Below are positions 54,273-63,373 of a stretch of 64,000 nt of DNA, piece by piece (positions within the stretch are counted from its first letter, which is position 1; every line of letters begins with the position of its first letter). The notes beneath the pieces were generated by a model. The model saw nothing but the letters and a program-made list of their open reading frames with translations. It was not told the DNA's origin and ran no database searches. The stretch comes from Chloroflexota bacterium (GTDB taxonomy: Bacteria > Chloroflexota > Dehalococcoidia > Lucifugimonadales > GCA-002723415). The stretch spans positions 5,607-69,606 of the forward strand of contig PBOA01000008.1 of assembly GCA_002723415.1 (NCBI GenBank), given 5' to 3'. Position numbers and translations under genes: made by a program.

Positions 54273-56075
54273 TTATTTAATAGTATTTTTTGATTGGGTT
54301 TCTGTTGGCTTTAATTGTAGGTTATATATATTTTTATATATACCATTTTTTTCTAATAATTCTTGATGTAAGCCTTCTTCGATTATTTCTCCTTGTTCAA
54401 GGACAAAGATTTTATTAGCTTTTTGTACAGTACTAATTCTGTTAGATATAATTAATGTGGTTCTATTTTTCATAATAGACTCTAAAGATTGGTTAATTAG
54501 AGTTTCTGTTTCTGTATCCACACTAGATGTTGTGTCATCCATTATTAAGATTGATGGGTTAAGAATTACTGCTCTTGCAATTCCTAATCGTTGTCTTTGC
54601 CCTCCAGATAAATCTGTGCCTCTTTCACCTAGTATAGTGTCGTATCCTTTATCTAAAGTCTGGATATAATTATGGATTTGAGCAGTTTTTGCAGCTTGGA
54701 TTACTTCTTCCATAGTGGCGTCTTCTTTACCATAGGAAATATTTTCTTTTATTGTTGTAGCAAATAGAAAAATATCTTGTTGAATTAATCCTATATTTCT
54801 GCGTAACGAATTTAAATTAATTTGTTTTATATCAATATTATCTAAAAGGATTTTGCCACCTGTTACGTCATAAAACCTGGGGATTAAATTTGCTATTGTT
54901 GTTTTACCACTACCAGGGGGCCCAATTATTGCAATTTTTTCTCCAGTTTTAATCTCGAGATTTAAATTTTTTAATACTAAATTATTTTCATCATATCCAA
55001 AAGATACATCTTTAAATAATATATGGCCATTACTTTTGTTAATCTTCAAAGTATTGCTTGTTTCTTTTAGTTTAGATTTTGAGTCTAGGATTTCAAATAA
55101 TCTTTCACCTGAAGACACTGCTCTTGCATAAGCATTTACTAGCCATGCTGCCATACTTACAGGCATGGATAAGATTTGCATATATATAATAAATTGTGTA
55201 AGTTCTCCCCAGGTTAGTTCTTCATTTATAACTAATCTTCCTCCAATTAAAAGTACTATTCCGATTGAAACAGTGAATGCAAATCGCATAAATGTAGCAT
55301 TTTTTGCCCTTAATTTTTCTGCATCAACAGTTTGATAGAATATTTCTTGGTTTTTTGAATCGAATTTAGACTGCTCATATTTTGAACTTGCAAATGATCT
55401 GACTACTTTAGCACCAGAAAAATTTTCTTGAGATATTGTGCTTAGTTCTGCTGTAGTTTTTTGTATTTTATGTAATAGCCTACGCATTTTTAGACGTACA
55501 TTAATTGAGTTTAATGATATTATAGGCATGAATGCTATACTGATAATACCTAATAACCAATGTAAATTAATAAGCAATATAGAAACAATTATAAACATGG
55601 CAAGGAAATAGGGGGCTCTCATTAACCCCATATTTATAGACATCCTGACGTTCTCAATATCTGAAATAGCTCTAGAAATTAATTCTCCTGTATGCCATCT
55701 GTCATGAAAATCAAAGCTGATTGTCTGGACTTTATTAAAGAACATATTTCTAAGACTATAAGCTATTTTATGTGATAAATTTTCCCCTAATGATGTTTGC
55801 CAAAATGATAGAAAACCTCGGATAGACATTAACAATACTATAGCTATTATAGTTTCAATAATTAAACTAGTTGGTATTATTCCTTCGTTATAAGAGCTAG
55901 ATATTTTGTCTACAGCTTTACCGATGAATTTTGGGGTTATCAGAAAAGATGTTGTTGCTCCTAGCATACATAAGTATGCAAGTATAAGATTCCATTTATG
56001 GCATGTAGCCATTTTGGTTAATCTTAGTATAATATTCATTCTGGGTATTTTATTTATTACTATAGTTTGATGCAA
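54273..56075 (-). CDS. ABC exporter half-transporter (TMD-NBD), degenerate-site subunit
   Basis: GPPGSGKTT and a canonical LSGGQRQR signature, but Walker B is ILIMDDTTS (Glu to Asp) and the H-loop is ISNRIS (His to Asn). The start codon is uncertain, with several in-frame Met. Confidence 0.88.
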   Translation of the reverse strand: MHQTIVINKIPRMNIILRLTKMATCHKWNLILAYLCMLGATTSFLITPKFIGKAVDKISSSYNEGIIPTSLIIETIIAIVLLMSIRGFLSFWQTSLGENLSHKIAYSLRNMFFNKVQTISFDFHDRWHTGELISRAISDIENVRMSINMGLMRAPYFLAMFIIVSILLINLHWLLGIISIAFMPIISLNSINVRLKMRRLLHKIQKTTAELSTISQENFSGAKVVRSFASSKYEQSKFDSKNQEIFYQTVDAEKLRAKNATFMRFAFTVSIGIVLLIGGRLVINEELTWGELTQFIIYMQILSMPVSMAAWLVNAYARAVSSGERLFEILDSKSKLKETSNTLKINKSNGHILFKDVSFGYDENNLVLKNLNLEIKTGEKIAIIGPPGSGKTTIANLIPRFYDVTGGKILLDNIDIKQINLNSLRRNIGLIQQDIFLFATTIKENISYGKEDATMEEVIQAAKTAQIHNYIQTLDKGYDTILGERGTDLSGGQRQRLGIARAVILNPSILIMDDTTSSVDTETETLINQSLESIMKNRTTLIISNRISTVQKANKIFVLEQGEIIEEGLHQELLEKNGIYKNIYNLQLKPTETQSKNTIK

Positions 56076-56134
56076 GGGGTTTTATATACAATATTTCGTA
56101 ATATTAATTACATGAATTGTATTTCATATTAATT

Positions 56135-56773
56135 ATGTTATTTATTTCAAAAAAAATTCCGAATAAAAAATTTAGAATAAAACTTATGAAAAATAAGCAT
56201 ATAGATGATTGTGAGAAATTAGATAAAAAGATATTTAATAGTAACTCTTCTAGAACTGATTTTAATAAAGAATTAAATAAGAATAATACAGAATATTTCA
56301 TTCTTATTATGGAAGATAAAATCAATATATCTTTAACATTATCAAAAGTAAAATTTTATATTTTACATATATTATTAAAATCATTTTTTAGTAAATATCA
56401 GACTGAATTTAAAATAGTTGGGTATATTGGATTATGGTATGTTTTAGATGAAGTGCATATTGTCTCTATAGCTGTAGATAATGATTATAGGAGTTGCGGT
56501 TTAGGTGAATTTTTAATGATAGGAGCTATTGATAGTGCAATTAACAATAGCTCAGAACTATTAACATTGGAAGTTAGGGTGTCAAATCATAAAGCTCAAA
56601 AATTATATAGTAAATTTGGTTTTAAACAAAAAGGAGTACGAAAGAATTACTATTTGGATGACCGTGAAGATGCTTTAATTATGACTACAGAGTCCATATT
56701 AAATTCGAATTATCAAAATTTATTTGACAATATTTATCAAAATCAATTAAATATTTATAATGAATTTAGCTGA
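56135..56773 (+). CDS. rimI: GNAT N-acetyltransferase, RimI-like (ribosomal-protein-alanine acetyltransferase)
   Basis: IVGYIGLWYVLDEVHIVSIAVDNDYRSCGLGEFLM and LEVRVSNHKAQKLYSKFGF...EDALIM match the RimI core. The start is ambiguous (TTG 56117, ATG 56135, ATG 56186). Confidence 0.7.
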   Translation: MLFISKKIPNKKFRIKLMKNKHIDDCEKLDKKIFNSNSSRTDFNKELNKNNTEYFILIMEDKINISLTLSKVKFYILHILLKSFFSKYQTEFKIVGYIGLWYVLDEVHIVSIAVDNDYRSCGLGEFLMIGAIDSAINNSSELLTLEVRVSNHKAQKLYSKFGFKQKGVRKNYYLDDREDALIMTTESILNSNYQNLFDNIYQNQLNIYNEFS

Positions 56774-57693
56774 TCTAATATTTCTTTATCAAGTGTGATG
56801 CCAGTTGCTTTCGAATTAGAAAGAATTTGAGTTTTTTTACTTGCTCCAACAATTACAGAAGAAACAGCAGGCCGAGACAAAGCCCAAGCTATTGTTAATT
56901 CTATAGAGTTATATCCAGTTTTTTTTTGGATTGATTTTAATTTATTGATCATATTAAAACTGTTATCGTTCCAGTATTTATTTTTCGCTCTTTGAGCATG
57001 AACAGATGCAAGGTGTGAATTATCGGTAGGTTTTGAATTTTTTGAATATTTGCCTGTGAGTAATCCTCCCATAAGGATTTGATAAGGGATTATACTGATA
57101 TTTTGATCTATACATAAATGCATAAGTTCTTTTTCTATATCTTTTTGAAGGAAATTATATTCAGGTTGTACTGATTCAAATCTTTCGTAATTGTTTTTGT
57201 CACTTACCCATAAAGATTTGCATAATTGCCAGGCAGCAAAATTAGAACATCCAAGGTAACGTATTTTGCCTTGATGTACCATGTCATTTAGAGTATTAAT
57301 TGTTTCATCTATAGGACATTCAGGGTCCCAGTAATGTAATTGATATAAATCAATATAATCAGTAGATAACCTTTTTAAGCTTTTTTCTACAGCAGTAATT
57401 ATATGTTTTCTGGATAAACCTTTAGAATTAATATCTTCATTAGTTGGCATGAATCCTTTTGTTGCTATTACGAAATTATTACGTTGGGTTTTTATGGCGT
57501 TTCCAATGATTTTTTCAGAACGACCTTCATTATAAAAATCCGCGGTGTCTATGAAATTTATTCCTTGTTCATAAGATTCTTTTATTACTAATTCAGCTTC
57601 AATATCTGTTACATAAGAAGCGCCAAACATGTTTGTACCTAAGCATATATTGGATATTTTCAAGCCAGTACGGCCAAGTTTATTATATTGCAT
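56755..57693 (-). CDS. Aldo/keto reductase
   Basis: MQYNKLGRTGLKIS, INFIDTADFYNEGRSE and YLGCSNF motifs. Its start ATG shares one base with the E2 stop (TAATG). Confidence 0.88.
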   Translation of the reverse strand: MQYNKLGRTGLKISNICLGTNMFGASYVTDIEAELVIKESYEQGINFIDTADFYNEGRSEKIIGNAIKTQRNNFVIATKGFMPTNEDINSKGLSRKHIITAVEKSLKRLSTDYIDLYQLHYWDPECPIDETINTLNDMVHQGKIRYLGCSNFAAWQLCKSLWVSDKNNYERFESVQPEYNFLQKDIEKELMHLCIDQNISIIPYQILMGGLLTGKYSKNSKPTDNSHLASVHAQRAKNKYWNDNSFNMINKLKSIQKKTGYNSIELTIAWALSRPAVSSVIVGASKKTQILSNSKATGITLDKEILDQLNSL

Positions 57694-58880
57694 TATTTTT
57701 CCTTAAATAAATTTTTGGGAGATTCTATGGTTTGTTGAAATGTTCTTAAAAATTTAGCTGCATCTGCTCCATCTATTGATTGATGATCAGCAGTTAGGCT
57801 TATTGTAGCCATTTCTCTAATTGTAATCTCATTATTTATTACAACAGGTTTTTTCACACTTCTACCTAAACCTAAAATTGCACTTTGACCTTTGTTTAAA
57901 ATTGGAGTAAATCCATCAACTGTACCTAATATACTTACAGTGAAGGTTCCTCCTGATACTTCATTAGGGTTGAGTTGATTTGATCTCGCTTTATTAGCTA
58001 AATCTATGACTTCTTCGTTTATTTTGAATATCGTTTTTTGATCGGCATTTTTTATTGTTGGAACAATAAGACCAATATTAAGTGCTACAGCAAAACCAAT
58101 ATTGATTTGATCAAAGTATAAAATTTCATTTGAATTTTTATCAATTATGCTATTTAATTTGGGGTTTTTTATCAATGAATGGGCTGCAGCTTTAATGACG
58201 ACATTTCCTAATGATATAGGTTTAGAAAGTGATTTAGATTTTAATCTTCGTATCTTTTGTGCTTCGGTTACATCTATTTCTAGAAAATAGGATAATTGAG
58301 CAGAAGAAGATAAGCTCTTTAACATATGTTCAGCAATAGATTTACGTATACCAGTAATATTTTCTATTCTTGATGGTTTTATTGACGTGATGTCTGTAGA
58401 GTCATCTTTTATCATATGATTTTCTACATCTTGTTCTGAAATTCTTCCTCCAGGTCCAGTTGGAGTTACAGACTTGAGGTCTAAATTCATTTTTTTTGCT
58501 AATTTTCTAGCACCCGGTGTAGAAGGGATTATTTTAGTTTCTTGGATAGTGTCATCTTGTTCATTTATTTCAATTGAATTTTCTATAGTTTGTGAATTGA
58601 TTTGGGTATCATTTAAATTTACATTTGGTTTAGGAGGGGATTCTCCATCCGAAAGTAAATATCCGATGATCCCATCAACTAAAATAGTATCACCTATATT
58701 AGTTTCAGTATAGAATATTCCTTCTCCAATTGATTCTAGATCATAAGTAATTTTTTCAGTTTCTATTTCAACTATAATTTCATCTTGTTTGATGAAATCT
58801 CCAGATACTTTGTAAATTTTTGTAATTACCCCTTCGGTCATAAAATCACCTAGTCTAGGCATTATTATTGGAGTACTCAT
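57693..58880 (-). CDS. 2-oxoacid (pyruvate/branched-chain/acetoin) dehydrogenase complex E2 dihydrolipoamide acyltransferase
   Basis: N-terminal lipoyl domain (EIETEKITYDLES), a peripheral subunit-binding domain (TPGARKLAKKMNLDL) and a catalytic domain with DHQSIDG (variant of DHRxxDG). Confidence 0.88.
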   Translation of the reverse strand: MSTPIIMPRLGDFMTEGVITKIYKVSGDFIKQDEIIVEIETEKITYDLESIGEGIFYTETNIGDTILVDGIIGYLLSDGESPPKPNVNLNDTQINSQTIENSIEINEQDDTIQETKIIPSTPGARKLAKKMNLDLKSVTPTGPGGRISEQDVENHMIKDDSTDITSIKPSRIENITGIRKSIAEHMLKSLSSSAQLSYFLEIDVTEAQKIRRLKSKSLSKPISLGNVVIKAAAHSLIKNPKLNSIIDKNSNEILYFDQINIGFAVALNIGLIVPTIKNADQKTIFKINEEVIDLANKARSNQLNPNEVSGGTFTVSILGTVDGFTPILNKGQSAILGLGRSVKKPVVINNEITIREMATISLTADHQSIDGADAAKFLRTFQQTIESPKNLFKEK

Positions 58881-58897
58881 ATTAAATATTCCTTCAA

Positions 58898-59908
58898 TTA
58901 TTCTAATAGATTTTTAGCATTTTTTATTATTGTTTCTTTATTTGGAGCATATAAACTTTCTAATGGTTTACTGTAGGGAACAGGTGTGTGTGGTGGATTT
59001 ATTCTTTTTGGGGGTGCATCTAAATAATCAAATGCTTGCTCAGATATTAATGCCGAAATATCTGCTGCAATGCTACACCTAGGATAATCTTCGTCAACTA
59101 TAATTACTTTTTTAGTTTTTTTAACTGATTTTATTATTGTTTCTTCATCCATTGGGGATAGTGAAATTAAATCTATAACTTCTATTGAAAAGCCTTTTGA
59201 TTCTAAAATTTTTGCTGCTTCTAAGCATAAATATGTAGTATATCCAATTCCTATTAAAGTTAGGTCTGTCCCGGGTTTTTCAATGTTTGCTTTACCAATT
59301 TTTAATGTATAAGGGTCTTCAGGTACGTCATAGGTTGGTTTTAAACCCATTAGTTGACGGTTATTAAATATAATTACGGGATCGTCATCTCGTATTGCAG
59401 CAGTCATTAACCCTTTAGCATTATATGGATTAGAAGGAACAATACATTTTAAACCAGGAAAGTGGGTAAAGATTGAATATAGCGTTTCAGAATGTTGAGC
59501 GGCCTTGTTCCCTCCTACACCCATAGCTGTCATTATAGTAAGAGGTACTTTTACTTTACCTCCAAACATATAATGAATTTTTGCTGCATTATTGGTAATT
59601 TGATCTGCGCATACTCCATAAAAACTAACATACATTAAATCTACTACTGGCCTTAATCCAGCAGCAGCAGCTCCAACTCCTGCTCCTACAAATCCTGCTT
59701 CTGAAATTGGTGTATCTTTTACTCTATCGCGTCCAAATTCTTTAACTAAACCTTTCGTTAATCTCATTGGACCACCCCATGCATCTAGCTTGTCATCTCT
59801 ACTGCCTCCACCTGCAACATCTTCTCCCATTATGATTACGTTTTCATTGCTTTTCATTTCATGTCTTAAAGATTCATTGATGGCTTGAATATAAGAAATT
59901 TTACGCAT
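58898..59908 (-). CDS. 2-oxoacid dehydrogenase E1 component beta subunit
   Basis: Transketolase-like pyrimidine-binding pattern (IMGEDV..., DTPISEAGFVGAGVGAA) and a C-terminal domain. 336 aa. Confidence 0.9.
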   Translation of the reverse strand: MRKISYIQAINESLRHEMKSNENVIIMGEDVAGGGSRDDKLDAWGGPMRLTKGLVKEFGRDRVKDTPISEAGFVGAGVGAAAAGLRPVVDLMYVSFYGVCADQITNNAAKIHYMFGGKVKVPLTIMTAMGVGGNKAAQHSETLYSIFTHFPGLKCIVPSNPYNAKGLMTAAIRDDDPVIIFNNRQLMGLKPTYDVPEDPYTLKIGKANIEKPGTDLTLIGIGYTTYLCLEAAKILESKGFSIEVIDLISLSPMDEETIIKSVKKTKKVIIVDEDYPRCSIAADISALISEQAFDYLDAPPKRINPPHTPVPYSKPLESLYAPNKETIIKNAKNLLE

Positions 59909-59922
59909 ATTTCTTCCCTTAC

Positions 59923-60906
59923 TTATTTATATGACACATATACATCTGAAAATAATTCTTCTGGGGCAGGAAATGGACTTTCATTCGCAAAATCAGTAGC
60001 TTCATTGACAGATTCTAAGGACTTTTCATATATTTTGTCTAAATTTTCTTGATTAGTAATTTCATTTGAAAGTAAATACTTTTTAAGTCTTTCTATACAA
60101 TCTCTTTCTTTGTAATAATTTTCTTCGGTTTCTGTCCTGTAACTTAAAGGGTTGTCTGCCCCGAAATGGCCTTTATATCTATAAGTTTTAGCTTCAATTA
60201 ATGTTGGGCCTTTGCCAGATCTTGCTCTTTCAATTGCAATTTTACTGCTTTTGTAGATATCTATTACAGATTGTCCATCAACAGTTATCCCAGGGATTTT
60301 ATACCCACTTGCTCTATCAGCAATTGATTTTCCTGCAACTGCATATTCATATGGGGTTGATTCAGCATATAGATTATTTTCACATACAAAGATTATAGGT
60401 AAATCCCATATACTTGCTAGATTCATTGATTCATGTAAACTTCCTTGACTAGATGCTCCATCTCCAAAAAATACAACAGTTACTTGATTAGTATTCTTAA
60501 TTTTTGCTGATAATGCTACTCCAGTTGCAACGGGTATATTTGAGCCTACTACTCCATTTGCTCCAAGCATGCCTTTATTAATATCAGCAATGTGCATAGT
60601 TCCACCTTTTCCTTTATTGGTACCAGTTGCTTTGCCAAGGAGCTCAGCCATCATATTTTTGAGTTCTACACCTTTAGCGATGCAATGATGATGACTGCGA
60701 TGTGTCCCTAACACATAATCGTTTGATTCTAATAAAGAACAGATTCCAGTAGGAACAGCTTCTTGACCTATTGATGAATGCATACCTAAAAGTTTTCCAG
60801 CATCTGCTTCTCGATTTGCTTGAGTTTCAAATAATCTGATAGTTAACATTTTTTCGTACATCCATAAGAGGGTGGTTTTTGAAATTTCTGTAGAGTGCTC
60901 TTTCAT
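59923..60906 (-). CDS. 2-oxoacid dehydrogenase E1 component alpha subunit (ThDP-dependent)
   Basis: ThDP motif FFGDGASSQGSLHESMNLA...ENN and YRYKGH. 327 aa. Confidence 0.9.
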   Translation of the reverse strand: MKEHSTEISKTTLLWMYEKMLTIRLFETQANREADAGKLLGMHSSIGQEAVPTGICSLLESNDYVLGTHRSHHHCIAKGVELKNMMAELLGKATGTNKGKGGTMHIADINKGMLGANGVVGSNIPVATGVALSAKIKNTNQVTVVFFGDGASSQGSLHESMNLASIWDLPIIFVCENNLYAESTPYEYAVAGKSIADRASGYKIPGITVDGQSVIDIYKSSKIAIERARSGKGPTLIEAKTYRYKGHFGADNPLSYRTETEENYYKERDCIERLKKYLLSNEITNQENLDKIYEKSLESVNEATDFANESPFPAPEELFSDVYVSYK

Positions 60907-60962
60907 ATTTTGTCCTTAAAAGTCTTTTTTAGCCTAGATAATATAAAATAGAGTGTATGTAA

Positions 60963-62774
60963 TTAACTTTCTTCTTTAGTAGTATTAATTGATATATTTA
61001 ATTCATTAAGTTGTTCATAGTCTACAGGTCCAGGGGATTCAAATAAAGGGTCTATTCCATTTTGAGTCTTAGGGAATGCAATTACATCTCTAATATTATT
61101 ACTATCTGTAAGAAGCATAAGTAATCTGTCTATTCCAGGAGCAATCCCTCCATGAGGAGGTGCTCCATATTTTAAAGCATTTACTAATTGCCCGAAACGT
61201 AAATCTATTTGTTCATCTGTATATCCTAAAATGTTGAAAATTTTGCTTTGCAATTCAAAATCATGATTCCTAATACTTCCACTTGCTAATTCTTCTCCAT
61301 TACAAACAAGGTCATAACAATTAGCGATTACAGCACCTGGATCAGTTTCAATTAAACCTTGGAATTCTTCTTTTGGCATTGTAAATGGATGATGTGTAGC
61401 ATCCCATCTTTTTTCATCCTCATTATAGTCAAAGAGAGGAAAATCAACTACAAATGCAAAAGCTAGCATATTGGGATCAGCGAGAGATAGATCTTCACCT
61501 AATTTGTTTCTTAAAGCACTTAGTGAAGCGTTCGTTGTTTTTTCAGGTCCAGCAACTATTAATATCAAGTCTCCTTTTTTGGCATTTCCTTTGCGAGAAA
61601 TATCTCTAAGTTGTTCTAGTGTAAGGAATTTACTAATATTAGATTTAAAATTTGAAATCTCTAATTTATCAAACTTGATTGTATCATCATCAATTAATCC
61701 AATAGTGATTAAACCTTTAGCTCCTTTTGAAATAGTAAATTTTGTTAGAGCGTCTATTTTTTTTCTAGATAAAGATGCTCCATTTGGGACAGTAAATCCT
61801 TTAATAATTCCGTTTTGTTCAATTGTAGATTTAAATACTAGTAAATCTGTTTTAGAAGCTATGTCAGAAAAATCTATAAAAGTTAAATCGAATCTTAAAT
61901 CAGGTTTGTCTGTTCCGTATTTTAACATTGATTCTTTATAGGTTAGCCTTGGAAAAGGGTTTAGTATATTTTTATTTGGAAATAATTGTTCGATTATATT
62001 TACATACAAATCTTCAATTAAATTTAATATGTCTTCTTGGTCAATAAAGCTCATTTCAATATCTAGTTGAGTATGTTCAGGTTGCCTGTCAGCTCTTAAA
62101 TCTTCATCTCTAAAACATCTTGCAATTTGAAAGTATTTTTCTATACCTCCAACCATTAACAACTGCTTCAATTGCTGAGGAGATTGAGGTAAGGCATAAA
62201 AATTTCCTGGATACAATCTACTTGGAACTAAATAATCTCTCGCACCCTCTGGAGTACTTTTGATTAGTATTGGAGTTTCGATTTCTAAAAAACCTTGATC
62301 AGATAAATAATCTCTTATGAATTTGACTACTTTATGTCTTGCCTTTAAAGCATTATTCATTTTTGGTCTACGAATATCTAAATATCTATATTTTAACCTT
62401 AAAAGTTCATCTATTTCTATTTTTTCATCGTTAATATAAAAAGGAGGAGTTTCTGATTGATTTAAAATCGTGATGTTTTTTGCATCAATTTCAATTTCTC
62501 CAGTGATCATTTCGGGATTTATTGTTCCTGCAGGCCTAGATTGAACAGTCCCTGAAATCTGCACAACCCATTCATTCCTTAATTTTTCACCGATATTATG
62601 TAGATCTGTTCCATTTTCGGGATTAATGACAACTTGAACAATTCCCTTGCTATCTCTTAAATCTATAAATATCAAACCTCCATGGTCTCTCCTTCTATGT
62701 ACCCAGCCTGCAATAGTCACTGATTGGTCAATATGTTGTGAATTTATTTCCCCACATTCTATACTTCTGAACAC
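60963..62774 (-). CDS. aspS: Aspartate--tRNA ligase (bacterial type)
   Basis: Class II motif 2 CFRDEDLRADRQPEHTQLD and motif 3 GGIAPGIDRL, an N-terminal OB fold and a bacterial insertion domain. GTG start behind TAAGGA. Confidence 0.95.
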   Translation of the reverse strand: MFRSIECGEINSQHIDQSVTIAGWVHRRRDHGGLIFIDLRDSKGIVQVVINPENGTDLHNIGEKLRNEWVVQISGTVQSRPAGTINPEMITGEIEIDAKNITILNQSETPPFYINDEKIEIDELLRLKYRYLDIRRPKMNNALKARHKVVKFIRDYLSDQGFLEIETPILIKSTPEGARDYLVPSRLYPGNFYALPQSPQQLKQLLMVGGIEKYFQIARCFRDEDLRADRQPEHTQLDIEMSFIDQEDILNLIEDLYVNIIEQLFPNKNILNPFPRLTYKESMLKYGTDKPDLRFDLTFIDFSDIASKTDLLVFKSTIEQNGIIKGFTVPNGASLSRKKIDALTKFTISKGAKGLITIGLIDDDTIKFDKLEISNFKSNISKFLTLEQLRDISRKGNAKKGDLILIVAGPEKTTNASLSALRNKLGEDLSLADPNMLAFAFVVDFPLFDYNEDEKRWDATHHPFTMPKEEFQGLIETDPGAVIANCYDLVCNGEELASGSIRNHDFELQSKIFNILGYTDEQIDLRFGQLVNALKYGAPPHGGIAPGIDRLLMLLTDSNNIRDVIAFPKTQNGIDPLFESPGPVDYEQLNELNISINTTKEES

Positions 62775-62823
62775 TTCAAATCCTTACTTTTTTATTATTT
62801 TTAGATACAATATATTAAATATT

Positions 62824-62852
62824 AAGTTAAGATAACTTCTAAGATATGTCAA
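62824..62852 (-). promoter_or_regulatory. Candidate promoter for aspS (TTGACA-17 nt-TAACTT on the minus strand)
   Basis: Minus-strand TTGACA at 62852-62847, 17-nt spacer, TAACTT at 62829-62824, about 50 nt upstream of the GTG start. AT-rich context lowers specificity. Confidence 0.3.
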
Positions 62853-62863
62853 ACAAAATATAT

Positions 62864-63373
62864 TTAAAATTTATCAACTGATAAATATGCTCCTATTATA
62901 ATTGACGCAGCTCCAAATATTGAAAACAGATTGATTAACATCAATTTATTTATAACTATTATCAAAATAATTCCAATTATAAATGATATTGCTGCTATTA
63001 ATTTGAGAAATTTACCTCTTTTGTAATTTACTGAAAAGCTTAATATTTGACCTATTAAGAAACCAAGTACAATTATTGATAATAAATTTATAAGTATCCC
63101 TGAAATAATGTATGAATTTAAAAAATATAATCCAATAGTAAATAATGTTAAAGTGATAATGACAGAAATAATTCCACGAATGAAATAAATAGGAGTCATT
63201 TCAAAAGTAGGAATTTTTTTTAAATTAGCACAGTTTTTACATTTGATTCCTGTTGGTGTATGAATAACACATTTAATACATATACTAAATTCGCATATTG
63301 CACAGCTTAAATTTGTTGTTTGGGATTTGTGTTTATAACAAGTATTACTCATTTTGGTAGTCTGTTTATCCAT
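62864..63373 (-). CDS. Membrane protein with N-terminal B-box-like Cys/His zinc finger
   Basis: CYKHKSQTTNLSCAICEFSICIKCVIHTPTGIKCKNCA (8 Cys/His ligand candidates) followed by about four TM helices. It overlaps the plsY 3' end by 25 nt. Confidence 0.5.
   Translation of the reverse strand: MDKQTTKMSNTCYKHKSQTTNLSCAICEFSICIKCVIHTPTGIKCKNCANLKKIPTFEMTPIYFIRGIISVIITLTLFTIGLYFLNSYIISGILINLLSIIVLGFLIGQILSFSVNYKRGKFLKLIAAISFIIGIILIIVINKLMLINLFSIFGAASIIIGAYLSVDKF

Noticed and set aside
61471-61941. 156-aa plus-strand ORF, strikingly long for an AT-rich genome
   Set aside because: It lies entirely antisense inside aspS, whose class II motifs are unambiguous. Its sequence is low-complexity Ser/Leu/Ile-rich with no motif or SD. 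This is the typical shadow frame of a strongly conserved gene.
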